A stretch of 32,000 nt of DNA from Candidatus Electronema halotolerans (GTDB taxonomy: Bacteria > Desulfobacterota > Desulfobulbia > Desulfobulbales > Desulfobulbaceae), in assembly GCA_942493095.1 (NCBI GenBank), contig OW818675.1, positions 2,130,001 to 2,162,000 on the forward strand. The letters are read 5' to 3'. The position numbers and the translations under genes were made by a program. The notes below the pieces were generated by a model, which did no database searches, was not told the origin of the DNA, and was given only the letters and a program-made list of their open reading frames with translations. How positions within the stretch are numbered: the first letter of the stretch is position 1; each line of letters opens with the position of its first letter. Shown piece after piece: positions 1 through 8,995 of the stretch.

Positions 1-457
1 GCAGGAACTGCCGGGCCGACTGCCACGGTCGTTCGGCAAAAGGATCGTAGGCATCCACCTCTTTGACCAAGGCGCGGAAGCGGTCAACAGTCATTGGGAA
101 GCGGGCCGCGACCTCCTCACAGAGCAGATTCAGGTCATTGGAAAAACGAAGGCTGCCCTGCGGAAAGATCACCTCGGATTCAAGCTGCTCATGGGTGGTG
201 AATGCTTTGCGGGAGAGCTGGAGCTGCCGGAAGAGCCGATTCAGCGGCGCGTGCTTGACCTTGGGCAGGGCAAAGTTGGTCATGGCATGAAGACCAGTCT
301 CCAGCAAATGCCCGTGGCGGAAATAATACGAATTCAGGCCGCCGGGCAGGCTGTGCTGCTCGACAATCAGCGGCTTGAGGCCAAAGCGGGCGGCGCGGAT
401 GCCAGCAGCCAAGCCAGCCAGGCCGCTGCCGATGATGATAAGCTGGTGATCAGCCAT
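1..457 (-). CDS. FAD-dependent oxidoreductase / phytoene-desaturase-like protein, N-terminal part (truncated by window edge)
   Basis: Reverse-strand translation from 457 reads MADHQLIIIGSGLAGLAAGIRAARFGLKPLIVEQHSLPGGLNSYYFRHGHLLETGLHAMTN, a typical GxGxxG Rossmann FAD-binding N-terminus with a GGLNSYY motif. The frame stays open to base 1. Confidence 0.75.
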   Translation of the reverse strand, partial: MADHQLIIIGSGLAGLAAGIRAARFGLKPLIVEQHSLPGGLNSYYFRHGHLLETGLHAMTNFALPKVKHAPLNRLFRQLQLSRKAFTTHEQLESEVIFPQGSLRFSNDLNLLCEEVAARFPMTVDRFRALVKEVDAYDPFAERPWQSARQFL

Positions 458-535
458 GATAAGAACAGAGGATGCTGAAAGGTGCCGGGCTGTCCTGTTG
501 CAACAGGACGAAAGACAGTTCAGCCCGGCCTGCGC

Positions 536-787
536 TCAGGCATCCTTGAGTTTGGGTTCAAGGTAGTTGACGCAGCTTGTCAGGGTGGCAAGCTGGGGAT
601 AATCCTCTTCCGGTATCTGGAGTTTGTGGCGTTTGCGCAGCTCCATGACAATGTCGAGGAAGTCCATTGAATCAAGGTCGAGCTGGTCGCGAAGCGGCTT
701 GTCCGCGTCGAGATCGTCAAACTCGGCCTCGTCGTCTATATCTTTGATAATTTCAAGGATCAAATCCTTAATGGCATCAGGGGTCAT
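536..787 (-). CDS. Acyl carrier protein
   Basis: 83 aa with the DLDSMDFLDIVMEL phosphopantetheine attachment motif (DSM/DSL type). Confidence 0.85.
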   Translation of the reverse strand: MTPDAIKDLILEIIKDIDDEAEFDDLDADKPLRDQLDLDSMDFLDIVMELRKRHKLQIPEEDYPQLATLTSCVNYLEPKLKDA

Positions 788-926
788 TCTTGCTCCTCAG
801 AAAAATGCGTTGTTCATTGTTAATCATTGTAATAAATCACAATATCCTTTTTGGATAACAAAAAAAAGAAGCGATTGGGTGTAAATTCCTGATCGCTGCT
901 CAAATGGAAGCTGCCGCAGTGCGATT

Positions 927-1937
927 TCACATCAGTCCAAGCAGGAAGTTTTTCACACATTCTCCAAGAACATCAGTGTTATAACCACCTTCTTGGCATA
1001 CCAGTGTGGGTATTCCCAGGGCCTGAAACTGTTTGCCGATTGCAAAGTAATCTTCCGTGCCAAGGTTGAATCCCCCTATCGGATCCATTTCATGCGTGTC
1101 AAAACCGGCGGCAATAATAAGGTATGCAGGATTAAAAGTACGAATTTCAGAAAAAATACGATCTAATGCTGCGCTGTATTGTTCCAGTTGCGCACCTTTG
1201 GCTAAAGGCTCATTATAATTTGTTCCGACAGCCTGACCTTTGCCTCTTTCCTCGGCGTAGCCCCAAAAATACGGGTATTCATCATCAGGAGCACCATGAA
1301 CAGAGGCGGTGAATACAGATTTTATCTCATCAAAAAATTCCTGCGTTCCGTTTCCATGATGATAATCTATATCTACTATTGCCACTTTACCTTCAGGCAA
1401 CAGATACTCGGCAGCTGTAGCCACATTGTTGAAGTAGCAATAACCGCCAAACACACGGGGGCCTGCATGATGCCCGGAAGGTCTGCACAGGGCATATACC
1501 GTTTTTTCAAGGCCATCTCGAATCAATTCAGCACCTGTCAAGGCCGTTTCAGCAGAGGCCCGCGCCACTTCATAGGTTTTTCTTTTGATGGGAGTTACCG
1601 CATCAGTGCACCAAATTCCACCCCAGAGCGGTGAATCAGATTTTTTTCTAAGATGGGCGCCCTCGCCGGGAAAAAGATCAGGATAAAACTCCTCTTCATC
1701 GTTTTGCAAAGACAATGCTGTGTTCTTAATATAATCGTGATAGGGATGCAGGCGAGTGATGAATCGTTCTGGAAATGATTTTGCAGTAAGAAATTGAAAC
1801 CGCTCATCTGAACGAAGCACCTTCTTGATGGATTCAACGCGCTTTGGCGTATCTTTCACCTCGTAGGCTTCTGGTCCAAGCTGATACTTCCAATAGGGAT
1901 TATGCAGGCTGTCGTTATACTTTTCAATTACTTTCAT
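927..1937 (-). CDS. Histone deacetylase / acetylpolyamine amidohydrolase family protein
   Basis: Motifs RPSGHHAG, GGYCYFNNVATAA, VAIVDIDYHHGNGTQEFF, SVHGAPDDEYPYFWGYAEE and VCQEGGYN are characteristic of the class II HDAC-like/polyamine deacetylase family. Confidence 0.85.
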   Translation of the reverse strand: MKVIEKYNDSLHNPYWKYQLGPEAYEVKDTPKRVESIKKVLRSDERFQFLTAKSFPERFITRLHPYHDYIKNTALSLQNDEEEFYPDLFPGEGAHLRKKSDSPLWGGIWCTDAVTPIKRKTYEVARASAETALTGAELIRDGLEKTVYALCRPSGHHAGPRVFGGYCYFNNVATAAEYLLPEGKVAIVDIDYHHGNGTQEFFDEIKSVFTASVHGAPDDEYPYFWGYAEERGKGQAVGTNYNEPLAKGAQLEQYSAALDRIFSEIRTFNPAYLIIAAGFDTHEMDPIGGFNLGTEDYFAIGKQFQALGIPTLVCQEGGYNTDVLGECVKNFLLGLM

Positions 1938-4071
1938 GAATTGCTCTTCCTTTGTTTAACAGTTCGATGATTCGTTCTTGCGGAACAGGCGGGCACCAGC
2001 GCTGTCTGCGCCCATTCATTCCATTAGAGCAAAAAATGGCATTGATGACTGCCTCTTCAGTTGCTTCCACCACAGCCTCATACACCAAATTTATATGATT
2101 GTCGGAAATACATTTTAACGTTAAAAAGCTGCTGTCAGAAACGCTCTTTCGAGGCTTGCGGTTGCCTGTGCTGAAGGCAATAACAATTTCGCCACTGGTT
2201 GAAGCAGCATAAGAGCCGGTTCGGCCAAGTCCGAGAGCCGCTCGTTTGGCTACACGATTAAGCTGACTGTTGATGAGTGGTATATCAGTGGCAACAACAA
2301 CAATGATTGATCCTTCTGATACTTCCCGGCGGATATCAGGATCGAATTCCTTGTCTAATTGCTTGCCAACAACTCCTCCCTCAACAGTAAGATTGCGCAT
2401 CTTGCCAAAGTTTGACAGCACAAGCACACCTATTGTAAAGGCATTTTTTCCAGAAAGGTCCAGTATGCGTGAAGAAGTGCCTATTCCTCCGGCAAAATCA
2501 AAGCTGGTCATGCCTGCACCTGCGCCAATGGAGCCTTGCATCACTGGTCCTGATGATGCCGCCTCTATAGCCTTGATGGCATCTTGGGCCGAGCAGTATC
2601 CAACTCGTATATCGTTGAGAAAAGAATCGTCAGCTTCACCAACTACAGGCAGAACCACATCAGTTTTGGTGCCAAGATGCGGATATTTTTTCAGCATATG
2701 GTTGACAACGCCAGCATGAACCCGACCAACTGAATGCGAATTTGTAAGAAGAATAGGTGTCTCCAGCCAGCCTGTCTCAACAACTTGGGTAAGCCCAGCC
2801 ATTTCTCCAACACCATTGAGGATGAAGCCGCCAGCAGCAATCCGATTGGCATAAGCCTGGCCAGCAGGCATGATGGCGGTAACACCAGTGCGTATGGAGC
2901 TTTTTTCTGTCCCTCCGGGAATTGGAACGTCATCTTCCATCTTGGTGAAATGACCAACCCGAACACCCTTGACATCTGTGATTGCATTATGGATGCCTGG
3001 ACTCATCCGGCCAATTTGAATTCCCAGTTCTCTGGCGGCAGGCCGTGAGGTGCCTGATCTGAATCCACCTTTTTGCGGCTGCTTGATTGCAAGACCATAT
3101 CGGCGGGCGGCAGAGCGTATGATCAACCTCATGACATCTCTGAATTCAAGACCGCGTGATCTGGCAGCCGTCATAAGGGAGGCATTTGGATGCAGACTTG
3201 GCAGGGGATTAAGTTCAATAAAATATGGTTGTCCGTTTGTATTCAAGCGAATATCCACCCGGCCAAGGTCAGGGCATGACATGATGTCAAAAACTGCACG
3301 AGCCATTTTTATAACAGCTTTTTCTTCCTGTTGACTAATAGTTGCTGGACAAACGACATTGATTGCTTCTGCCCCTTTTCCCCCTTGCTTCATGTCGTAG
3401 TCATAGATATTATATTTGCCATCAATCGTATCCATGTCAAAAGTGTGTTCAACGATGTCAAGCAGCTTGCCAGGAAAGCTCTCAAGAAATGGGATGCTTA
3501 ATTCACGACCTTCTATAAATTCTTCAACCACAAGACCTGATGGATAATTTTTCAAAAGACCGTTTATTCTTTCCAGTGCCTGATCATGCGATTCAACAAC
3601 AGAATTTTGTGTAATACCTTTGCTTGATCCTTCTGAATTTGGTTTTATTATGAGCGGATATTGTAAATTATCGGGTAAATTTTTCTCCTTCTCGATAATC
3701 AACACACCTTTGGGAACGCTGATTCCGTATGATGCCAAAACAGTTTTAGCAAGATGCTTATCAAGATTAAGATGCAGCAGCGATGCATTGCCGCCGGTGA
3801 AGGGGATGCCCATCTGCTCGTACAATCCTGGGTAGAATGCCTCACGGGAACTGCCGATAGTCCCTTCTGCAAGATTAAATACAAGATCAGGCTCACTTTC
3901 AATCAGGCGTTCAATCACATCATTTGGTTTGCCTGAGACTTCAACGACTGTTACTGTGTGCTGAAGACTGCTGATGGCAGTGGATATTCTGTTAATGTCC
4001 TCTTCAGTTAAGAGTTCAGCCGTTGCTTCCGTATCATCAGTTCTAAGGTTGTAAGCTATTGTAATTCTCAT
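1924..4071 (-). CDS. Fusion protein: N-terminal D-Ala-D-Ala-ligase-like ATP-grasp domain plus C-terminal P1/S58 (DmpA-type) aminopeptidase domain
   Basis: A 715-aa ORF. About residues 1-335 carry ATP-grasp features (YPLIIKPNSEGSSKGI, VVEEFIEGRELSIPFL, DLGRVDIRLNTNGQPYFIELNPLPSLHP). About residues 355-700 carry P1-family features (PGIHNAITDVKGVRVGH, GTSSRIL, EGSIIVVVATDIPL, AALGLGRTGS). Confidence 0.85.
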   Translation of the reverse strand: MRITIAYNLRTDDTEATAELLTEEDINRISTAISSLQHTVTVVEVSGKPNDVIERLIESEPDLVFNLAEGTIGSSREAFYPGLYEQMGIPFTGGNASLLHLNLDKHLAKTVLASYGISVPKGVLIIEKEKNLPDNLQYPLIIKPNSEGSSKGITQNSVVESHDQALERINGLLKNYPSGLVVEEFIEGRELSIPFLESFPGKLLDIVEHTFDMDTIDGKYNIYDYDMKQGGKGAEAINVVCPATISQQEEKAVIKMARAVFDIMSCPDLGRVDIRLNTNGQPYFIELNPLPSLHPNASLMTAARSRGLEFRDVMRLIIRSAARRYGLAIKQPQKGGFRSGTSRPAARELGIQIGRMSPGIHNAITDVKGVRVGHFTKMEDDVPIPGGTEKSSIRTGVTAIMPAGQAYANRIAAGGFILNGVGEMAGLTQVVETGWLETPILLTNSHSVGRVHAGVVNHMLKKYPHLGTKTDVVLPVVGEADDSFLNDIRVGYCSAQDAIKAIEAASSGPVMQGSIGAGAGMTSFDFAGGIGTSSRILDLSGKNAFTIGVLVLSNFGKMRNLTVEGGVVGKQLDKEFDPDIRREVSEGSIIVVVATDIPLINSQLNRVAKRAALGLGRTGSYAASTSGEIVIAFSTGNRKPRKSVSDSSFLTLKCISDNHINLVYEAVVEATEEAVINAIFCSNGMNGRRQRWCPPVPQERIIELLNKGRAIHESN

Positions 4072-4129
4072 TTATGACCCTCTTTGAAATGAACATTTCT
4101 TCAGCCAGTCGGGCTGATTCAAACTCCAG

Positions 4130-5377
4130 CTATTTTGCCACCACTCTCTTAACGATAAGCGTGGAATTTATTCCCAACATGCCAAAGGAGTTGTTGAGAA
4201 TGGTCTCGACGCGGGGCAGTTTCTGCGCTTCGCCGCTGACCAAGCCCGGCAGGGCGCATTCCGGGTCAAGCTGATCAAGATTGATGGTCGGATGGACCAA
4301 GCCGTCGGCAAAGGCGGGCAGATTGGCGGCCAGCTCCAGCACCCCGGCTGCGCCCATCGCATGGCCAATGATCGACTTTGTGTTATTGATCAGCAGATTC
4401 TCGCAGCCTGCAAAAACTTCGGCAATGGCCCGGCATTCCTCGACATCGCCCTGCTTGGTGCCGGTGGCGTGGGTGTTGATCAGGTCAATGTCCGCCGGAG
4501 TCATGGCCGCCCGCTCAAGGGCAAGGCGGATGCACTCGGCCTGCCGGGGGCCGTAGGGCAGGACAAAATCGCGGGCATCCGAGTTCATGGCATAACCGAC
4601 AATCTCGGCATAAATTTTCGCGCCTCTGGCCATCGCCTTGTCTAACCGCTCCAGCACAAAGACGCAGCCGCCCTCGGAAATGACAATGCCGTTCCGCTCC
4701 TGATCAAAAGGACGGCTGGCCTTGATCGGATCAGCATGTTCAGCCAAGGCGCCTTGAGCGCGGAAACTGGCAAAGATGCCAAAGGAGCCGACGCATTCGG
4801 ACAGCCCGCCGCAGAGAGCCAGATCAACCTCATCCAAGCGCAGCATCTGGCAGCCTTGAATCAGGGCGGCATTGCCTGCGGCGCAGGCCGCGCCCACCGA
4901 GTAGTGCGGCCCGGTGATGCCGAAAGTCATGGTGATCTCGCCCGCCGGATTGTTGAGCACGGTGCGCGGGTTGTGGTGGTGGGTCCAGTAATCCACATTG
5001 TGGTCATACTGGCCGATATTATAGACTTCGTTCTCAGTCTCCACCGTGCCGTGCTCAGTCAGGCCCATATAGACCCCGGTGCGCTCTGGCCGATATTGCG
5101 AGAAATCAATCCCGGCATCAGCCAAGGCCTCGCCAGTGCAATAGACACCAAGGCAGCCTGCCCGTGTGCCGCGCTTGTTCTCCCGCTTTTTCCGATACTT
5201 GGTTTCTGGGAATTCGCACAGTCCAGCAGGATGCACACCCATATAGCGCAAATCCAAGGTGGAAATGCCGCTCCGCCCGGCCAGAACCTGCTCCCGGAAC
5301 TCAGCCAAAGTGCTGGCTCCACCCGGCGCAGCCAAACCCACGCCGGTGATGACAATGCGCTGCGAATCCGACATCAT
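4130..5377 (-). CDS. Beta-ketoacyl-ACP synthase II-like (FabF family)
   Basis: VGAACAAGNAAL active-site Cys, NTHATGTKQGD and NNTKSIIGHAMGAAG His motifs. Start may be 5377 or 5374; overlaps the alaS stop. Confidence 0.9.
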   Translation of the reverse strand: MMSDSQRIVITGVGLAAPGGASTLAEFREQVLAGRSGISTLDLRYMGVHPAGLCEFPETKYRKKRENKRGTRAGCLGVYCTGEALADAGIDFSQYRPERTGVYMGLTEHGTVETENEVYNIGQYDHNVDYWTHHHNPRTVLNNPAGEITMTFGITGPHYSVGAACAAGNAALIQGCQMLRLDEVDLALCGGLSECVGSFGIFASFRAQGALAEHADPIKASRPFDQERNGIVISEGGCVFVLERLDKAMARGAKIYAEIVGYAMNSDARDFVLPYGPRQAECIRLALERAAMTPADIDLINTHATGTKQGDVEECRAIAEVFAGCENLLINNTKSIIGHAMGAAGVLELAANLPAFADGLVHPTINLDQLDPECALPGLVSGEAQKLPRVETILNNSFGMLGINSTLIVKRVVAK

Positions 5378-8031
5378 TGGCCCGCCTCCAGTAGTTCAGC
5401 AACAATTTTTGGCATGGCCTTGACCGCCTCTGGCAGCTTGTCCGCCATTGGCCCGCCAGCTTGGGCCATGTCCGGCCTGCCGCCGCCCTTGCCGCCAACT
5501 ATGGCCGCTGCCGCCTTGACAATGTCGCCAGCCTTAATTTTACCGGTCAAATCTTTGCTGACAATTGCGAGCAGGGCCGCCTTGCCATCCACCACGCCGC
5601 CGAGCAGAGCTGCTCCGCCACCCATTTTGTCGCGCACTTTGTCGCCGACCTCGCGCAGGGTCTTGGCTGAATCGAGCTTGAGCTGACCGCTGATCACCTT
5701 GATGCCGCTGACCTCAACTGCGCCTGCCAGCAAGGAATCCAAATCAGAAGACGCTGCCGCCGCGCTCAGGGCAGCCAGCTCCTTTTCCAGCTCCTTCTGC
5801 CGCTTGAGCAGGTTTGGCACCTTGACGAGCGCATCTTCAAAGGAGCCGGAAAGCATTTTGCCCAGCTCATCGGCCTGCGCAGCCAGCTTTTGCAGCCAGT
5901 CAATCGCTGCCGGGCCAGTGACCGCCTCAATCCGGCGCACCCCAGCGGCAATGCCGGTTTCGGAAATAATCTTGAACAGGCCGATGTCGCCGGTAGCTCC
6001 GGTGTGGGTGCCGCCGCAGAGTTCCTTGGAAAAGCCGGGAATGCTCACCACCCGCACCTCGTCGCCGTATTTCTCGCCAAACAGAGCAGTTGCGCCTTCA
6101 GCAATCGCCTGCTCTTTGGCCAGCACCGCTGTTTGCACCGGCGTGTTGCGGCGGATTTCCTGATTCACAAGCTGCTCAATGGCCCGGATTTCCTCCGGCG
6201 TGACCGGCGAAAAATGGGTGAAGTCAAAGCGGAGGCGGTCAGCGCGAACTAACGAGCCTGCCTGCTTGACATGGCTGCCAAGGACTTGCTTCATGGCTGC
6301 GTGGAGCAGATGAGTGGCCGTATGATTCAAGGCTGTGGCAGTGCGCTGCTCATCCACTTGCAAGATGACTTCTTGACCAGCACTCAGCACGCCTTGCGTG
6401 ATTGTGCCGCTGTGCAGCACCAGTCCCTCGGCAGCCGCCTTGACCGAATGCACAGTCAGCTTGCCACCCGGCCATGTCATCGTGCCGCTGTCGCCGACCT
6501 GTCCGCCGGATTCAGCGTAGAACGGGGTCTGCGGACAGAAAACCTGCACTTGCGCTCCAGCGGTCGCCCGGCTGATCAAGCTGCCTTGGTTGTCGAGAAT
6601 GCCCTCAGCCACACTCTCCGCACTTCGTTGTTTATAGCCAAGAAACTCGCTTTTCTTGCCCTGCTCCAGCAGATTGATCACGCCAGCAGAGAAATGATCC
6701 AAGTCCTTAGCTTTCCACGAGCGGCGCGACTGTTCACGCTGCTCCTGCATGGCCGCTTCAAAGCCTGCGTCATCTAAACCAATGCCATGCTCCAAGGCCA
6801 CATCACGGACAATATCTTTTGGAAATCCGTAGGTGTCATAGAGTTTGAAGATGAAATCGCCGTTGATCACTGGGCGTTCAGGCTGTTCACCCAAAACCCG
6901 TTGAATTTCCTCATCCAGCATGGCCAAGCCCTTGTCCAGCGTCTCGCCAAAGCGACTCTCCTCGTGATCCGTCACCTTGTCCAAGAGCTGGCTGGAGTCA
7001 GGCAGATGCGGATACGCCTCGCGCATGGTGCGCACCACTTCCCGGCAGACCTCGCCAAAGAAGGGGCCATTCAAGCCCAGTGTCCTGCCAAAGCGGATAG
7101 CCCGGCGCATGACCCGGCGGAGCACATAGCCCCGCCCTTCATTCGAGGGCAGGACTCCGTCCGCAACCAGAAAGGCCGCAGCGCGGGCATGATCGGCAAT
7201 GACCCGCATGGCCGTGTCATCAGCACGATTCTCGTGATATTTCTTGCCGGAAAGCCGCTCCACCGTGCTGATCAGCGGGGCAAAGACATCGCTGTCAAAG
7301 TTGTTGTATTTGCCTTGCAAGACTGCCGCCACCCGCTCCACGCCCATGCCGGTGTCAATCGAAGGCTTGGGCAGCGGGGTCAAAGTGCCGTCCAAGGAGC
7401 GGTAGAACTGCATGAAGACCAGATTCCACAGCTCAAGGAAGCGGTCACAGTCGCAGCCAATGGCACATTCCGGCCTGCCGCAGCCGTGCTCCGCGCCCTG
7501 ATCAAGGTGAATCTCAGAGCAGGGGCCGCAGGGGCCGGTGTCGCCCATTGCCCAGAAATTGTCTTTCTCGCCAAGGCGGACAATGCGGCCTTTGGGCAAA
7601 TCCTCAATCTGCTCCCAGAGTTCCTGCGCCTCGTCGTCGTCGCGAAAAATCGTGATCCAAAGCCGCTCTGGGCTGATAGCCAGTTCTTTGGTCAGAAATT
7701 CCCAGGCAAAGGCGATGGCCTCTTTCTTGAAATAATCGCCAAAGGAAAAATTGCCGAGCATCTCAAAGAAGGTATGGTGCCGGGCAGTATGGCCGACGTT
7801 TTCCAAGTCGTTGTGCTTGCCGCCAGCCCGCACACAGCGTTGGCAGGAGACCGCCCGGACGTACTCGCGGTGCTCCTCGCCCATGAAAATCCGCTTGAAC
7901 TGGAACATGCCCGCGTTGGTGAAAAGCAGGGTGGGATCGTCATGCGGGACGAGCGAGGATGATTCGACGATGGTATGCCCTTTGCTGGCAAAGTAGTTGA
8001 GAAATTTTTCTCGCAGCTGATTTCCAGTCAT
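5374..8031 (-). CDS. alaS: Alanine--tRNA ligase
   Basis: MTGNQLREKFLNYFASKGHTIVESSSLVPHDDPTLLFTNAGMFQFKRIF, GFSKELCGGTHTGATGDIG and a DHHA1-type C-terminus. The likely start is the internal Met at 8031, not the track ORF start at 8142. Confidence 0.97.
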   Translation of the reverse strand: MTGNQLREKFLNYFASKGHTIVESSSLVPHDDPTLLFTNAGMFQFKRIFMGEEHREYVRAVSCQRCVRAGGKHNDLENVGHTARHHTFFEMLGNFSFGDYFKKEAIAFAWEFLTKELAISPERLWITIFRDDDEAQELWEQIEDLPKGRIVRLGEKDNFWAMGDTGPCGPCSEIHLDQGAEHGCGRPECAIGCDCDRFLELWNLVFMQFYRSLDGTLTPLPKPSIDTGMGVERVAAVLQGKYNNFDSDVFAPLISTVERLSGKKYHENRADDTAMRVIADHARAAAFLVADGVLPSNEGRGYVLRRVMRRAIRFGRTLGLNGPFFGEVCREVVRTMREAYPHLPDSSQLLDKVTDHEESRFGETLDKGLAMLDEEIQRVLGEQPERPVINGDFIFKLYDTYGFPKDIVRDVALEHGIGLDDAGFEAAMQEQREQSRRSWKAKDLDHFSAGVINLLEQGKKSEFLGYKQRSAESVAEGILDNQGSLISRATAGAQVQVFCPQTPFYAESGGQVGDSGTMTWPGGKLTVHSVKAAAEGLVLHSGTITQGVLSAGQEVILQVDEQRTATALNHTATHLLHAAMKQVLGSHVKQAGSLVRADRLRFDFTHFSPVTPEEIRAIEQLVNQEIRRNTPVQTAVLAKEQAIAEGATALFGEKYGDEVRVVSIPGFSKELCGGTHTGATGDIGLFKIISETGIAAGVRRIEAVTGPAAIDWLQKLAAQADELGKMLSGSFEDALVKVPNLLKRQKELEKELAALSAAAASSDLDSLLAGAVEVSGIKVISGQLKLDSAKTLREVGDKVRDKMGGGAALLGGVVDGKAALLAIVSKDLTGKIKAGDIVKAAAAIVGGKGGGRPDMAQAGGPMADKLPEAVKAMPKIVAELLEAGQ

Positions 8032-8066
8032 TCTTGTTTGTGACAGCGTATAGGTGATGAAATCCC

Positions 8067-8183
8067 GTAGGGGCAACCCCCTGTGGTTGCCCGGAATCCC
8101 CGGAGCAGTCCCGGATTGGTCGCCCCCAGAATATCCGGCCAACCGGCATAAACCAGAGGGCAGACACAGGGGGCTGCCCCTAC
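8067..8183. repeat. Short intergenic element with terminal inverted repeats (MITE/REP-like)
   Basis: Left end GTAGGGGCAACCCCCTGTG. The reverse complement of the right end reads GTAGGGGCAGCCCCCTGTG, one mismatch over 19 nt. The total span is 117 bp. Confidence 0.7.
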
Positions 8184-8188
8184 ATTTT

Positions 8189-8746
8189 TTATTTCAAATA
8201 CGGCAACATGGCCTTGAAGGCCGGAGTGCCTGCTTTGTGGAGAAATTCATAGATGAGCATCTCTGCCGGAGCCAGCACCGCGCCGATCTCCCGCAGCCGC
8301 TGCTGGCCGTAAGCGTGATTTTCCGGGGTGCGCGAGGAAATGGCATCCGCAACCACCTGCACCTCGTAGCCCTCTTGCAGTGCCCCGACAGCGGTCTGCC
8401 AGATGCAAATATGGCTTTCCACGCCGCAGAGCAGCAAGGTTTGCACTGAGGCGGGCAGATGATTGAGCAGCCGCTTCATGCCCGGATTCGCAACGGCGTT
8501 GAACTCAGTTTTATCGACACAGGGCTTGTCAGCAAGCAGCCCGGCCAGCTCCGGCACAAAAGGGCCAATGCCTTTTTTGTACTGGGTGCAGGCTAAAACC
8601 GGAATGCCCAGCACCTCGGCCAGGCGCAGCATCAGGCTGATATTTCTGCTCACCCGCCCCGCCTCATGGATATGCGTCATCAGGCGTTCTTGCGGGTCTA
8701 TCACCAGCAGGCAGCATTCCCGCGACAGGAGAGTTCCGGTGTTCAT
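8189..8746 (-). CDS. Isochorismatase-family cysteine hydrolase
   Basis: CCLLVIDPQERLM, KTEFNAV, LLCGVESHICIWQTAVGALQEGYEVQVVADAISSR, typical of the isochorismatase fold. Start reassigned to the internal Met at 8746. Confidence 0.85.
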   Translation of the reverse strand: MNTGTLLSRECCLLVIDPQERLMTHIHEAGRVSRNISLMLRLAEVLGIPVLACTQYKKGIGPFVPELAGLLADKPCVDKTEFNAVANPGMKRLLNHLPASVQTLLLCGVESHICIWQTAVGALQEGYEVQVVADAISSRTPENHAYGQQRLREIGAVLAPAEMLIYEFLHKAGTPAFKAMLPYLK

Positions 8747-8995
8747 GTCATGCTCAGGCTGAAGTTGATGGTCAAACGGCCCTTTTCTTTTAGTGGGCGG
8801 CGGAAGAATTTGCAACAGAAAAACGCCCAGCGGGCAAACGTGCCGCAGCGCAGCATACTCTATTTTGGGGCAAAGTGGAAGAGGTCAGGGCCGCTGCTGA
8901 AAAACTTGTTGAATCAAATGAAAATTTCCATCATCATTAGGAGAAGGTTAGCGAACAGTCAGCGGAAGGTTAAAATTCACCCCACAGGGAGCATT

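Noticed and set aside
5461-7962. Several long + strand ORFs (5699-6163, 6271-6777, 6787-7962) opposite alaS
   Set aside because: They are antisense to a well-supported alaS frame. Their compositions mirror GC-skewed codon positions and show no domain motifs.
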